A DNA stretch of 63,712 nt, counting the filler, from Pelomyxa schiedti (taxonomy: Eukaryota; Protista; Evosea): the NCBI GenBank assembly GCA_020536535.1. It is 7 parts of 7 records of this genome, joined end to end, with 100 filler letters (N's around TTAATTAATTAA, not from the genome) between each part and the next. Parts side by side here need not be neighbours in the genome. Positions count along the whole stretch, not along the records: positions 21,915 to 34,427 come from JAHLWZ010001214.1; positions 34,528 to 39,594 come from JAHLWZ010000260.1; 5 more parts are not named here. One strand, 5' to 3'. The position numbers were made by a program, and so were the translations under genes. Shown here one piece after another: positions 24,189 to 37,312 of this stretch. Each line of letters begins with the position of its first letter. Positions within the stretch are counted from its first letter, which is position 1. Below the pieces are notes generated by a model that was not told the DNA's origin, searched no databases, and was given only the letters and a program-made list of their open reading frames with translations.

Positions 24189-27100
24189 ATGGCCACTACC
24201 ACCACGGCACCGTGTGCTGCGACCCCAGCTACGACAGCAGCACCAGCTACGACGGCCGCGGCTAGCTCGGCTACCCCCGCGACGCCCGCCACAGCCACGC
24301 CCGCCGCGTCGCCGGCGACACCGACACCGACACCGACATCGGCGGCGGCGGACGCAACCACGACGGCGACGACGAGGAAGAGGGCTACGTACAACAAGGA
24401 CAGGTACGACGTGGACCGATCGGCCCTCGAGCAACTCATGAGGAGGAGGTTCTTCGTGTCTCAGGCTTTCGAAATTTACGGCGGTGCGTGTTGTGCCCTG
24501 TTCCTTGTTACGCGAAACAAAAAGAGAGCCCTCTCCGTTTTACGTTTTTTTTTTGGTTTGTTTTGTTTTGTTTTGTTTTTGTTGTTGTTGTTTTATGTTT
24601 TATTTAGATTTATTACGTGATGCAATAAATATATTATATTATAATACCCCGTGCAATAACAAGACTCAAAAACTAAGGCTGCTTGTATTTATTCCCTTAT
24701 GAAGAAGTAACCACTTCTGATAGGTGTTGGAGGACTGTACGATTTTGGTCCTGCTGGTTGTGGTGTAAAGGCCAACCTTGTGGCTCTATGGCGAAACCAC
24801 TTTGTTCTCCATGACTCCATGCTCGAAGTAGATTGCACAAACTTGACACCCAAACCGGTTCTCGAGTAAGCTACCCTCGTTTCCCTATGTGGGTCTTACA
24901 CTTCCTAGTGCTTCGGGACACACTGCTAAGTTTTCTGACTACATGGTCAGAGATGTGAAAACAGGAACATGTCTCCGAGCTGACCATTTACTTAAATGTT
25001 TCTTCATATACTCAAGTATTGATACCATACTAATTTACTCTAGCCCACATTTCTGGTTTGTTGAATGCCACCGATAGCAAGCTCACACCAGAAAAAAGAA
25101 GTGAACTTTCATTGATTCTAGTAAGTTATTTCCCTAAAGGGCCCAGTGTAACCAGTTAAGGCCCAAGTGGATAATTACGGGCAAGAGGAGCTCAAGGGAT
25201 TCATAAGGCAGCTTGAAGTGAAAGCTCCCGAAACTGGCAATGATGTCACTGACCCAGCACCCTTCAATCTTATGTTCGGTACTCCAATCGGCCCTGGTGG
25301 TGAATTGCAGGGGTATTTTTTCACAATTGCACCAAGTTAAACTTATTTTCATCATTATCAGTTTCCTGAGACCAGAAACTGCGCAAGGCATTTTCGTTAA
25401 CTTCAAGGTAATTCGAAAGTCGATATCCCTCCTCACCACAATTCATAGAAACTGCTAGAGTTCAACGGCGGTAAACTTCCTTTCGCTGCTGCACAGGTTG
25501 GAATAGGCTTCAGAAACGAAATTTCTCCTCGCTCTGGTCTTCTACGTGCAAGGTTTTCCGCATTCCTGCATGCTCACAAAGTGACATTAAATAGGGAATT
25601 TCCTCTTGCAGAAATAGAGTATTTTGTGAACCCCTCTAATAAAACCCACTCTGGGTTTGCCGGAGTCAAGGCAATGGCTCTGCCACTGTGCCCGGGTGTG
25701 CGCCAACTCAAAGATCTCATGGAGCCTGTGTTCCCTACATTGGCTGAGGCTGTAACAGAGGTGTGTTCTCAATCCAACTATCGATGTGCTGACAGTTTAC
25801 CCAGCACGTAATCGGTAATGAAGCTCTGGCCTACTTTATGGCTCGCACATTCCTGTTCCTAACAAAGTGTGGTATCCCTGCTGAACATATTCGCTTCCGC
25901 CAGCACCTCAAGTATACCATACGCACCCTTCATTTCGTCTTACCTCAGTAGGTGTGAGATGGCGCACTATGCCGCTGATTGCTGGGATGCTGAAGTCAGG
26001 ACATCTTATGTACAACTTTCTTTTTTCTTTGTGTGCACGATATGACGGTTCAATAGGGTTGGATGGAGGTGGTTGGGCATGCAGATCGTACCTGCTTTGA
26101 TCTCACTCAGCACATTGAGCACTCCCACCAACAACTTACGGCTTACGAGCCTTTCAAAGATGGCGTGGTGCGGTCTTCTCATCCACTCGATAATTTTGTA
26201 TGACTGTTGCCAGAAAATTGTTCCCCGTACAGTTGCTACCCCAAATAAGAAAGCAATGGGCATGAAGTTCAGAGCAGAGAGCCAGGCAGTGTGTGCTCAT
26301 CTCGAGGCTCTTCCCCAGGCTGAGGTGCTTGCACTAAAGGGTGCGATTGCTGCAGGGTAAGTCTGGTGGAAGTCATATGTAGCTAACTCGCTTCAAGGCC
26401 CACTCAAGTAACAATTGGATCCAAATCCTACACATTAGATAAAGACCTCGTGCAGTTCAAGGATATTCAGGAAAAAGTTACTGGTACGTGATTATGCCTC
26501 CTTGCTATCCTTATAAGAGCTTTAGGTGAGACATTTGTGCCTCATGTCATTGAGCCGGCCTTTGGGCTTGGACGAATTATCTACTGCACTCTGGAGCATG
26601 CTTTTTGGACTCGACCCGAAGATAAGGATCGTGGGGTATATGTTTTATTTTATTATTTTTTATTTTTTTCTGTTTACCGGAGAATATCACTTACCCCACC
26701 TTTAGGTCCTCTCACTTCCTCCTATCCTTGCACCCACCAAGGTTTCACTTTTCCCGCTACTTTCCACTGGAATATTCTCAGATATCATCAACGTAATCAG
26801 TTAGGAGCCCCCGTTCTTTTCCCTCCCTCTACCAAAAGCTATTTTCCTTTTTCACTCACATATTTCCCAAAACAGGTGAAGCTCTTACCGAGGCCAATAT
26901 TCCTTGCAAGGTTGACGAGACAGGCCAATCCATTGGCAAGCGATACGCGCGTACTGATGAACTAGGAATCCCGTTTGCTATTACAGTGGACCACACGTCC
27001 CTTGCTGACCAAACCGTTACTCTTCGCGACCGCGATTCTTGTGCTCAAATCAGAGTTCCGGTATTTGGATATGTTCTCTGTTTCCCATATTTAACCTCAC

Positions 27101-27207
27101 ATTAGGCCGCAAAGCTCGTGGAACTCCTGCAGGGGCTTATTTCTCACAAAATTACTTTCCAAGTCCTGCAAGCCACTTACCCAGCAGCAACAGTAAAGGA
27201 TTCCTAA
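24189..27207 (+). CDS. GARS: Glycyl-tRNA synthetase, eukaryotic/archaeal alpha2 type, many short introns
   Basis: [67 protein letters not shown] and [15 protein letters not shown] motifs. Confidence 0.97.
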
Positions 27208-27299
27208 ATTAAACACACTACCACTACCTTTCCAAAAAGAACAAAAGATTTTCCAAACATTTTGGCAAATTTTTTCTCATAGGGATCCATTTGAGATCA

Positions 27300-27954
27300 T
27301 TACCATAGATGGTCCTTCATTGGCTCGAAGGTCATGAAATCGACGTGGTGAAGAACGTGGCCCTCGACAGTGCGCTTGCCGAGATCGCCTTCCTTGCTGT
27401 GATACGCGACGCAGTGAACCACCCTTATGGGAACGTCGAATCTCATGCACAGCCCGGCGCCGCTGAACGTGTGGCGGAGCAGCGTGCCCGTCTCGGACGT
27501 GCCGAGCTTGCCGGTCGCCGCGTCGCGCGTGTACTCGAGGAGCTTGCCGACGTCGAGCAGGATGGCGCCCGCGACGAGGACGTCCATGTCCAGAGGGAGG
27601 TCAGACGACGAGAACCGGCGGGCGATCTCGCGCCCCGCGGCGTGGGCGACGTGCACGACGCCGCGCTTATGGGTCATGAATGAGACCCTGAAGGAGGAGT
27701 GAGACGAAGGGGGAAAAAAAAGAGATTATGGGAGTAATGGGAGGAGACTCCGCGTACTTGCAGTTGGGGACGAGCAGGGAAAAGGGGATTTCTTCGAGGT
27801 CGGTGAGGGTCAGGGGAGTGTGGTCGAGGGCGTACTCCCACACGGCCAGGACTTTGTCCCTGAGGGTGGGGTCGTTTATGAGGGCCACCTCATTGGCCCA
27901 TAGACCGTGTGCGCGTGGGTACTTGGTAGCTAGCACATCCCCCGTCGTCGCCAT
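27300..27954 (-). CDS. HD-domain phosphohydrolase of bacterial type, one intron (27688-27757)
   Basis: Spliced product ...EIPFSLLVPNCK|VSFMTHKRGVVH...AGAILLDVGKLLEY...LRHTFSG...HHVDF; GC-rich. Confidence 0.85.
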
Positions 27955-28200
27955 GTTTTTTTTTTCTTCTTTTTCCCGTTTCTTGCACTTCTGATGAAAA
28001 GAATTGTCGAAGCCGAAGAAGACTGATGACCTTGAACAAAGAAGATGTGCTGATCGTGTGAATTTTTGTGGTGCCCACTCGGCCCCTCAAAGCTGTTGGT
28101 GGTCCACCTAACCTTGTAATTCCACCTCCTGTGCAAAAAAGTTGGTTTAAATTGGTTGTGTTGGTGGGGAAATTACAAAACAAACAACCACAGTGCTCTC

Positions 28201-29303
28201 ATGGGGAACTGCACAAGCAAAGTCAAACGGGGGCCACATTTTCCTGGAGGACGCTCTCTCACTGTCATACCTGACACAAAACCCTCCACAACCACTGTTG
28301 TAGATCCCCGGTGTAGCGACACCGCTCTTGTGGATTGTGACAGTTTGCTAGAACTGAACCGTTTACCAGAAAGACCAAGACTCAATGTGGGGTCATACCC
28401 TCGTGTAAAAATATGTCTGCTGGGAGGTTGTTCCATTTGTTCCATCTCAGAATTAACGGTGTTCAGATTATGGGGCTGGGAAAACTACTTTTTGCTGTAA
28501 ATCTGCTGTGTGTAGCTCCGTCTTTTTTCATTTAATTAAAAAAAAAACAGGGTGTAACACTTCCGTTAGTATCACCCATGGGAGAGGTAATACTTACACT
28601 TTAGCGGATCCATTTAAGTACCTCACAGTTTATCGTTTATTTTGACAATCTGAATGGCGATATAATACTGGTAACTTCTTCTCACAATTATGTGTTGTCT
28701 ACTCATAGTCAATGCAGTTTGATACCCCTGGAGATTGCGTAACTGTCCCTCCTTATATATACCAATCCTAACTAACGATGGGCATTAACTGTTAAGACCA
28801 ACACATCAAGTAAGATAACCTCATGTAGAAAACAGTTAACAGTTTGTGCAGGTTCACACTGGAGAGGGGCTTCATTTGGGCTACTTTTTTTCGACGTACA
28901 GGAGCCTGGTAGCAACTTAACAATGTGGATAAATACATTTAAAATGTTGGAGATACCAATCACATGGGGGCGAACTAATTCACACAACAGGTTTTCTCCA
29001 CCCCAATCGGAGATCATCATCGTTGGGAACAAAAATGACCTCATACAAAACATACTCCCCGATTCTCAATCGGTATTTCTTTTGTTTGTGGGTATACGAT
29101 GCGGTCGCTCATTCAAATCCGTTAACTTAGAAACTTTTGAACAGTGGAATGTACAAGACTTTGTGTGTCTTCCCATATGAAACAAGAATATAGTTAACGT
29201 TCTGCACAGCTATATAAGTGTCAAAACTGGCGCCGGTGTGGACAAACTCTGGGAGTACATTCACCAACAAATTGTCACCCAGTACAATTCTACTTCCCAT
29301 TGA
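28201..29303 (+). CDS. Divergent Ras-superfamily (Rab-like) small GTPase with N-terminal MGNC acylation motif
   Basis: Spliced G1 GDYGAGKTT, G3 FDTPG, G4 VGNKND, G5 SVKTG. Confidence 0.85.
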
Positions 29304-29640
29304 AAGTTATTATCCAGCCCTGGCTCCCGATCTGATGATGGTTCAATTCATTCAATGGCAAAGCTGTATCGTTGTAGGAAAGTGTGAGACTGGAGGGACT
29401 TGAAGGGGTGTTAATGTGGATGCGATGATGCTAGACCCTCAGAGTTGTACATTGAGGGTCACAGCCACTAGCAATTAAACTGTGTTTTTCGGCCGAAATT
29501 GCGTTTCTCTTTTTTTTTTTCTTCTTCATTATTCTTTTCCCGTTCTCATCGGTGACGACGTGCACGACACTTCGCATAGACAACACAACCCCTGCCCGCC
29601 CCGAATTTTATTTGGCAAGTGATCTCTTGTACCGCGCACG

Positions 29641-32600
29641 ATGCAAACCGACGAACACCAGCAAGCAACTCAATCGGCGCCGCCAGCAGCAACAACAGTG
29701 ACACAGGCGATAGGGACACCGACGGCTACGCCGGGTGTTGTTGTGAACGTGGTTTATGACGCGGGGCAGGTGACGCAGGTTTTGGGGGCGATGCTGCTGC
29801 CTGACACAAACACCGTCAAGCAGGCCACCGCTTGGTTAAACAAGTTACCGCTGCGCNNNNNNNNNNNNNNNNNNNNNNNNNNNNNNNNNNNNNNNNNNNN
29901 NNNNNNNNNNNNNNNNNNNNNNNNNNNNNNNNNNNNNNNNNNNNNNNNNNNNNNNNTTTTGTTTTTTTGTTTTTTTGTTTTTTTGTTTTTGTTGTTTTTG
30001 TTGTTTGTTTTTTTGTTTTCCGTTTGTAAAAAGGTTTCCTTTTTCTTTTACTCGCGTTATTACTTTTGCAAAGTAGTACGCATGATGGTCGATTTCTAAG
30101 ATGTATAAAGATTCCTTGAGAATTGGACCAGTATTCCTGTTCTCATTCAGGTTTATCAGGCGTCAACTAGTACTGACCTGAGGCAACTTGCCTGTGTTTT
30201 AATCCGAAAGAAAGTGGGAAAGTTGTGGCCAGACATGAGTGTTGAAGCAAGGCACACCCTCCAATCTGTAATGCTCAATGCAATTGCAGGTGAAACAGCA
30301 CCTACTGCTCGTAAAGCAGCCGTGGAGGTTTTTCCCTCACTTATGTCAACTGTAGAGATTTAAGTGACAAAGGTTGTGGCCCTCGTTGGAAGAAAAGTTT
30401 TGCCAGAAAAGGAATGGCCTGAGTTACTGCCATTCCTCTATCAATTGATTCAAAGTCCAAACCCAAATCACAGAGAGGTCAATAGTGCTCCATTTTCCTC
30501 TCAGTTAAACAATTCTTGCAGTCATCCCTTAAGTTATTCGGGTTACTCACTGACATCATTTTGGACGAGGGGCCATCCATGAAACAATTCGTTTTGAATG
30601 TACTCACATCACACCTTTCAAACGCATCAAATGGGCCCGCTGTAAGACTTGCTGCATTGATGGCCGTGGGGTCTGTATTTCTCCATTATTACCCTCAAGG
30701 AACCAATTCTTTAGTTCTCTTGTTCCATTTTTGGAGACAGAGGAAGATGTGGACCAATTCAGAGACATGACACTTCCTCACCTTATTGAAGTTTTGCGGT
30801 TTTGTGTCAAGTCACATCTCCCAGATTATGTTGTTGATGCATTCTCTGTTTTGATTGATTTGATTGAAATGGTGCGCGTGTCAAACATCCTCAAAATTAA
30901 CCGTTCTTTCAAATAAAGCCATTAAAAGCCGTCAAGTCATGTCTCCCACCACTTCTTAGAGTGGCTCTGGAAGTCGCTAATGAAAGACAATTCGAATTTT
31001 CCTGCAGAGCTATGGCAATGTCATTTGTTGAATGGGCTGCGCGCTAGTGTGTAATATCTGACTTGGTTTATTTTGCACCTAAAAAAAACAAAACAAAAAA
31101 AAAGTAAGCCAATCCTTCTACGTGAACCTGAACTTTTGCAAGCGGCCCTAACTGTGTTGTATTCCATGAGCTCAGAGCCAGAAGATGAAATTGTAGAAAC
31201 GTGGGAAGATGAATCCCCTCATACAGTACAAACTACCTATAGTTATTAGAGGTTAATTGATTGCAGTTTGCTACAGCAGTATTTGACCAGATGTCTGCCT
31301 CTCTCTCGACAAGGACTTTGTACACGAGTATGATGACAGTTGTTCCTTCTCTTTTGGCCAGCGAAAACCAGTGGCAACGAAAAGCTGCAATGGGCTCTCT
31401 TGCGGTTGGTATTTGGAGTATTTTTCATATTTCTAAGCCCTGCAGGCGGTTACTGAGCATTGTTCAGAATCTTTCCGAGAAAATCTATCCACAGTGGTTC
31501 CTCTTGTTGTTAGGCACCTGAGGGATCCAAGCAAACATGTGCGGCAGGTTACTTTTTCTGTGCTCCGTGAATTCTCTGGTATGATCTCTGATAGTTAGAC
31601 CAGGGCTAACTTGAGTACAGACTTTCTGCAACCTGAATTTATGGAATACCATGCGCAAGTATTGCCTGCCATCTGTGAAAACATGGTCAACCCAGACAAG
31701 TATATTCAAAGAACAGCGTGCATGGTTCTTGAGGCCTTTACAATGCGCCTTGGTTTATGCACTTTGTTGGATGCACTGTTTAACCTCGATTAAGGTGCTG
31801 ATGTTAAACCCTATATCTCCGATCTGATGAACGGACTGGGAGGCCTACTTGTTTCAGGTCCAGCTGAATTACGTGATGCTGTTGTGGCTGCCATTGCTGC
31901 TGTTGCTGAGGCTGCAGAAAAGGTTACCACACCGGCTCATTGAATTTTTCTGAAAAGCTGCAGGACTTTGCTCCTTATTATTCTTCAGTGATGCCTATTT
32001 TACAGCAAATAATTCAAAAGACGGCAGAGGATGGTGAGTAACTAGTCCTCCACCTGGTTGTTCACTTGTGGCAGATCTTTTGCAACGTGGAAGAGGGCTT
32101 GAATGCATATCGTCGGTAGCAAAATCTGTTGGCCCTGCTGTCTTTAAGGTTACACTTGCGTTCTTTTGTACCTTCTAACATGTGTAGCCCTACCTTCCAG
32201 AGTTTATGCAATCGGTCCTGCAGACTCTGCAAATGGATAACATATTTACATTTGAACTAAAAGATATGTCCTTCGAGGCACTTACTGATGTAGCCGATGT
32301 TATGGGGGTATGGGCAGCAAAAAGCGTTTGTGAACTGAACATACTGAAGGAAGAGTTTGCGCCTTATTTAGGAGTTGTAATGCCACATGTGTTTGAGATG
32401 ATGGAATCATCTGAAGGAGTGTACGCCGGTAATCCCACACTCCCTAAAAATCCAAATCACAGTACCCAGAGGCAGATGAAAAAGAGAAAAAAACTGCAAC
32501 AGATGGAATAACGACGGACTCGGAAGATGATGACGATGAAGACCTAGATGATGATGAATGCAGCGTATGCACCTTGCTGCATTTTGTTTTCTCTTTTTTT

Positions 32601-34352
32601 CTTCTTTAATTTTCTTTCTCCAGGTTGGTTGTGATGCAGCCTTTGTAGACGCAAAGGCTTCTTCATGTTTTTTGGTTGGGATGTGCGCCCGTGCCACTGG
32701 ATTGCACTTCTTCCCGTAATTTATCCCCACTTCAAATGTACTCTAAAACCCTTGTAGCTTCTTAGAAAAGTCCATTAATCTACTTCACCACCTGGCCAAG
32801 TATCTAGATGAAGCAGTCCGAGAAGCAGTAGCTAATGCACTTCAATGTTCTCACCTTTGATTTCCTATTTGAATAACTTTTCCCAGTTATGGTTTATTCG
32901 GCCAATTTATGTTTTCCGTCAACAGAGCCAGGGCAGGTGTGGTAATCCTTGTATAGTTCTCCTTTTCCTAATACCAATTCAGTTGCATCGTCACACACAA
33001 CAAGTTGTTGGTACGTTTTCTTCTCATTCCAGATCTGTTGTAAATAAAATACTCTAATCTCAGGGGCCACAATGAATACGCTATTGAAGCTAATCACGAG
33101 AGATGAGGTGCCACAAGTTGTCATACAGGCTTTGGACAGTGTGGCTTTTGTTTCGCATAGTTTGGGACTAATTGCAATCGATCCATGTAAACAAATCAAC
33201 TTTTTAGTTGGCGGTTTTTTACTCATCTCAGACTTTGAGAAGCTCACTCATGCATTGACCCGGATTTTGAAGAACCGAGCTCCCTGTATCTACCTTGATG
33301 AAGATGATTGTGCCGAGGATGATGTGGATGAAGATAGATACATTGGTACCCTGACTTTCCATGACTATTTCCCATTCAACAAACCTAGAGCTGAAGGAAA
33401 CTGTTGGAGAAGTGATTTGTGAGTTGTGCCGCATTTATGAGCAGAAAATTTCTCCCTTCTTTGAATCGGTTTTACCATTCTTCCTCAAGCTAATGGTAAT
33501 GCTTGTTACTTATTTTGTTTATAACTAAAACCAGAAACTAGCGAGCAGAAAACCATTTGTTCTACAGAGCTCTCAGCATTGGAACTCTTGCAGAATATGT
33601 TAAATTCACTAAAGTTGACACAAATAAAATATTGCCCATGGTAGCCCCAGTCATAATACAAGGCCTCAGCGACTCTGAAAAGCACGTAAGACGGAATGCC
33701 GCCTTTGCTTGCGGACTTATTCTGTCTGGAACTGGACCCACCTTGACACCGTATGACAAAATTGCTATTAATATGATTAATTTAATTAATTTTTACCAGG
33801 TATCACACCGAGTCACTTAAGCTATTACACGCTCTCTTACTTGAACCACCATCCTCCCCTGCCCGAGATAATGCACTGGGTGCGGTTGCAAGAATCCTAC
33901 TTGTACAGAGTCATCTTCTCCCGATAGAACAGGTCTTTTCCAGATCAAGCCAGATCAAGCAAATGACTTATTTCTGAATTTACTAGATTATCCCCATTTT
34001 CCTTGCGCAACTACCACTTTCTGCTGACGAGGAAGAAAACGAGCCAGTTTACTCCTGCATATCACATTTATTCCGCACAGCCCCTGACAAGGTAGTTACT
34101 GCACACAACCATTGCGGAACTAATCCTTATTAGATGTTTCCCCACTTGAGCCGAGTGCTTGCAGTATTTGGAATGGCTCTGAATACCAGCACCCTTCAAG
34201 AACCCGTTCGCAAAATTATCACCGATTTACTGCTGGCACTCGCGGCACAATGTCCAGACAAAATGCAGGCAGCCATTACACAAATTCCGCAAGAATTACA
34301 GGTCAGCCTCATGCGCCACATTCAACAGGCACAACAACAATCGTCCTTGTAG
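29641..34352 (+). CDS. IPO4: Importin-4 / Kap123-like karyopherin beta
   Basis: PDTNTVKQATA, LRQLACVLIRKK, WPELLPFL, VRRNAAFACG, ARDNALGAVAR and LPLSADEEENEPVY; HEAT-repeat organisation. Confidence 0.85.
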
Positions 34353-34527
34353 TAAAAGAAACAGATTCACTAAGCCAATAAAAACGAAAAGCACAAAACA
34401 AACCGTAAGAAATACAAGTTAAAACTTNNNNNNNNNNNNNNNNNNNNNNNNNNNNNNNNNNNNNNNNNNNNTTAATTAATTAANNNNNNNNNNNNNNNNN
34501 NNNNNNNNNNNNNNNNNNNNNNNNNNN

Positions 34528-34822
34528 CGTCCTCCGCGCCCCCGCCCCCTCCTCCCGTGCTTTCGCGCCACGGCGCTCCCTCGCCGTCCCCCTCGTTCTC
34601 GTTGTCTATGTCGCCCGTGGCCGCCATGTTCTCGGGGTCGTACGCCTGCTCCTCCTCATGCTGCTGCTGCGGCTGCTGCTGCTCCTCGGCGGCGTCGCCC
34701 TCGTTGCCGCCGCCGGCATCCGCCGCAGCCGTCGTGGTGGTGGTGGTGGATGTGACCACGTGGTCTTCCTCTTCTTCGTCGTCGCTGCCAAACAGATCGA
34801 CTGACGACGTCGGTGGGTCCAT
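34528..34822 (-). CDS. 5' end of an acidic low-complexity protein (DLFGSDDEE start, reminiscent of Leo1-type N-termini); truncated by contig end
   Basis: GC-rich ATG ORF running into the spacer. Confidence 0.45.
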
Positions 34823-34957
34823 GAGCGTCCAAGTTGGGTTTGATCTGGGGTCGTTCTTATTTACAATTTAATTTAATCTTGGTGCCGTGGCAAAGGAGGA
34901 CCTTTGCAGTTAGTGGGTATCTCGAGATACGTGTCGGAAGGTTGCGGTGTTGGTTGC

Positions 34958-37127
34958 TTAGGGGTGTTGCTGTGGTATTGTAGAGAGGGTGCTGGTGCTG
35001 GTGCTGATGGGTTGCTGTGGTTGTAGAAAAGGAGGGATGTCTACCACCTTTGCAGTTGACAGGGTGTTGGTGAATGGTGCTTCGAAGATGTGTATGGAGC
35101 CGCTGCACAGCACATACAAAACGTTTTTGTGGGTGTCAATGTGGAAGTCACGCATGTTGGTGAATTCTTCCTTCAGAAACTCGTTTGTCTTGAGTTTGGG
35201 GAAATCAGTGAATTGAGAAGTTAGCATGTCACTGCCACTGGAAGCTGTGCTGACATTAGTTGACGTAGGTGTTCTGGCTCTTTTGTTGGCTGGTTGTTGT
35301 GCAACTCCTCCCTCGCTGGGTTCTTGCGGAACTGGCGGGGGTGGGGCAGCCGGGGAGTCAATTGGGGCACAGACGAGTTTGAATTTGGTGGATTGCCTGT
35401 CAGCATAAACCAAAACTTTTTGGTCTTTGCATTCGGGACGCCATATTCTGAGGTTCACAACCACCACCGTTGGTATCGATTGAATCATCCACTGGTAGCA
35501 GGTGCCTGGGACTGTAAGAAAAATGATGGTTGTAATGATCGCCATACCGTTGATCTCAATCACGGGGAGACTAATCACAATGTCGTGCCCGCAGAATCCA
35601 TCCACCCCTCTGGGCATCGTCCTGACCTGGGTGAAGTTCCATGGGGAGTTCTCTCGCCCTGTCTGGTGGTGAGGGAGTTGACATGTACACCAAACTGAAA
35701 AAGTGGGTTCTACTCACATGTGGGCGTTATCACCCAAATTCCGTTGCTTGTTCCAACGTGAATCTCCGGCATGCCTCCTACCTCGGGTAGTTTGACGGCA
35801 ATTGACATGGCTGTTCCCATTTTAGCGTTGAAGTACACAAACACTTGCTCTGCTGATACGTCTATGACTTGAACGCAAGCCGTTTTGCTGTCCACAACAA
35901 ACAGATGGCGTCCGAGATATATCATGCAAGTCGGGTGACCGAAAATAGCGTCATTCAGTGGAATGCAGGCACTGGATGATATTCCCACGGGAGGTATAAG
36001 TGTGTTTCCTCTTCGTTCGGGAATTGTATACAGTGTGTTTGCTGAATTGGGGGTGTTTAAAAAAAAAAACGGGTTGGGAGCTCGAGATGGCTGACATTGT
36101 TTGGAATATTTGAGGATCTGTCCCTCCTTTATGTTTTCTGTCATATACATATGAGCGATGTAGGCATCACCAGTAGTGCTGTCCGCAGTGATTTTACTGT
36201 ACAGGTGAGCGAGAACGAGGCTTTCTGGTTTGCCATTTAACCCCCTCCCTTGTGAGATAAACATACTGTACGTTGAAGGGAATTCGGGTATTTTTTGTTC
36301 CTGGCTTGCTTGATAACTGGTAGCAGCAGAAGACTCGATCAGGGTCGTATAGTTAGTAAACCAATCTAGCACTAGTGCATTTAAATCGGCGCACTTTACA
36401 TTCTTTATTGGTCAATCTGTTTGGATTGCATAAGGGCGGAAATAGGTACCTGCTTGGCCAATCCAGCACCGGTAGGTATTGTTGCTGCTTCAGAATTTTC
36501 CTCTTCAACTAGTGAAGCTTTTGTCCACCAAGCTATTGTTGTCAATCCTTATAGATGCAGAGAGGGGAAGGACTTGGGGTAGGATCGGATTCAAAGAAAA
36601 TGCGGACAACCTTGTGTAGTCAAAGATGGTGAAAGCTACTCAAAGAATAAAACCTCCAGAGTATTTTTTGCCGTGAAGTGGTCCCCTGTTTTCAAAGCTG
36701 TCTTTGGTACACAGCCCACCTCAACTATATTGCCACATTTGTGGGCCAGAAGAATTTCGACAAATTCCTTTTGTATTCGCAAGAAAAAAATCGACTGTGA
36801 GATAGAAGAGAGGGCAAAAAAAAAACAAACAACCTTAGAAAAGATTTCAGCCAGTAGCCTTGGTTTTGGATCCCTCGGCTTCCTCTTTATCCAAGTACAC
36901 AGATCCGATTTGTTGAGGTCGTAATCGCGGTTTCCGGCTTTTTTCAGCAACGCACAGTTTTCGGATTTCAAGCTGTGTTTGGAAGAATAAATAGCCAGAG
37001 CGCCTCCCTTGGTTGCCGAAACCGCGCCCCCAGTTCTGCTAGTTGTCGAGGTCGCCCCCCGCGGCACAACAAAAGTACCCGGTGGGATTTCAACATACTG
37101 CGAAGGCAAGTGTCCGGGAGACCCCAT
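34958..37127 (-). CDS. Hypothetical spliced protein with NHL-like beta-propeller C-terminal half
   Basis: FGHPTCMIYLGRHLFVVDSKTACVQVID resembles an NHL blade; the three ORFs can be joined by introns. Confidence 0.55.
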
Positions 37128-37312
37128 GGACTCCCCTTCACAATTTTCCCGCTACTTGTCTACTTTTCCTACTGAAAAAATGTTTTGGTTGTGTCATTTT
37201 ACAGCACGGCGTTACTTATGTTGAATGAGCAATAATAATTGCTTTCCGGTCTGTTGATCATTTTATATCGAAAATGACATTCGATTTTTTTTGTTTTACC
37301 ACGCGTTGAGGA

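Noticed and set aside
24189-34352. Alternative genetic code or stop-codon readthrough to explain fragmented ORFs
   Set aside because: The GlyRS, importin and GTPase junctions I checked translate cleanly with the standard code once short GT-AG introns are removed.
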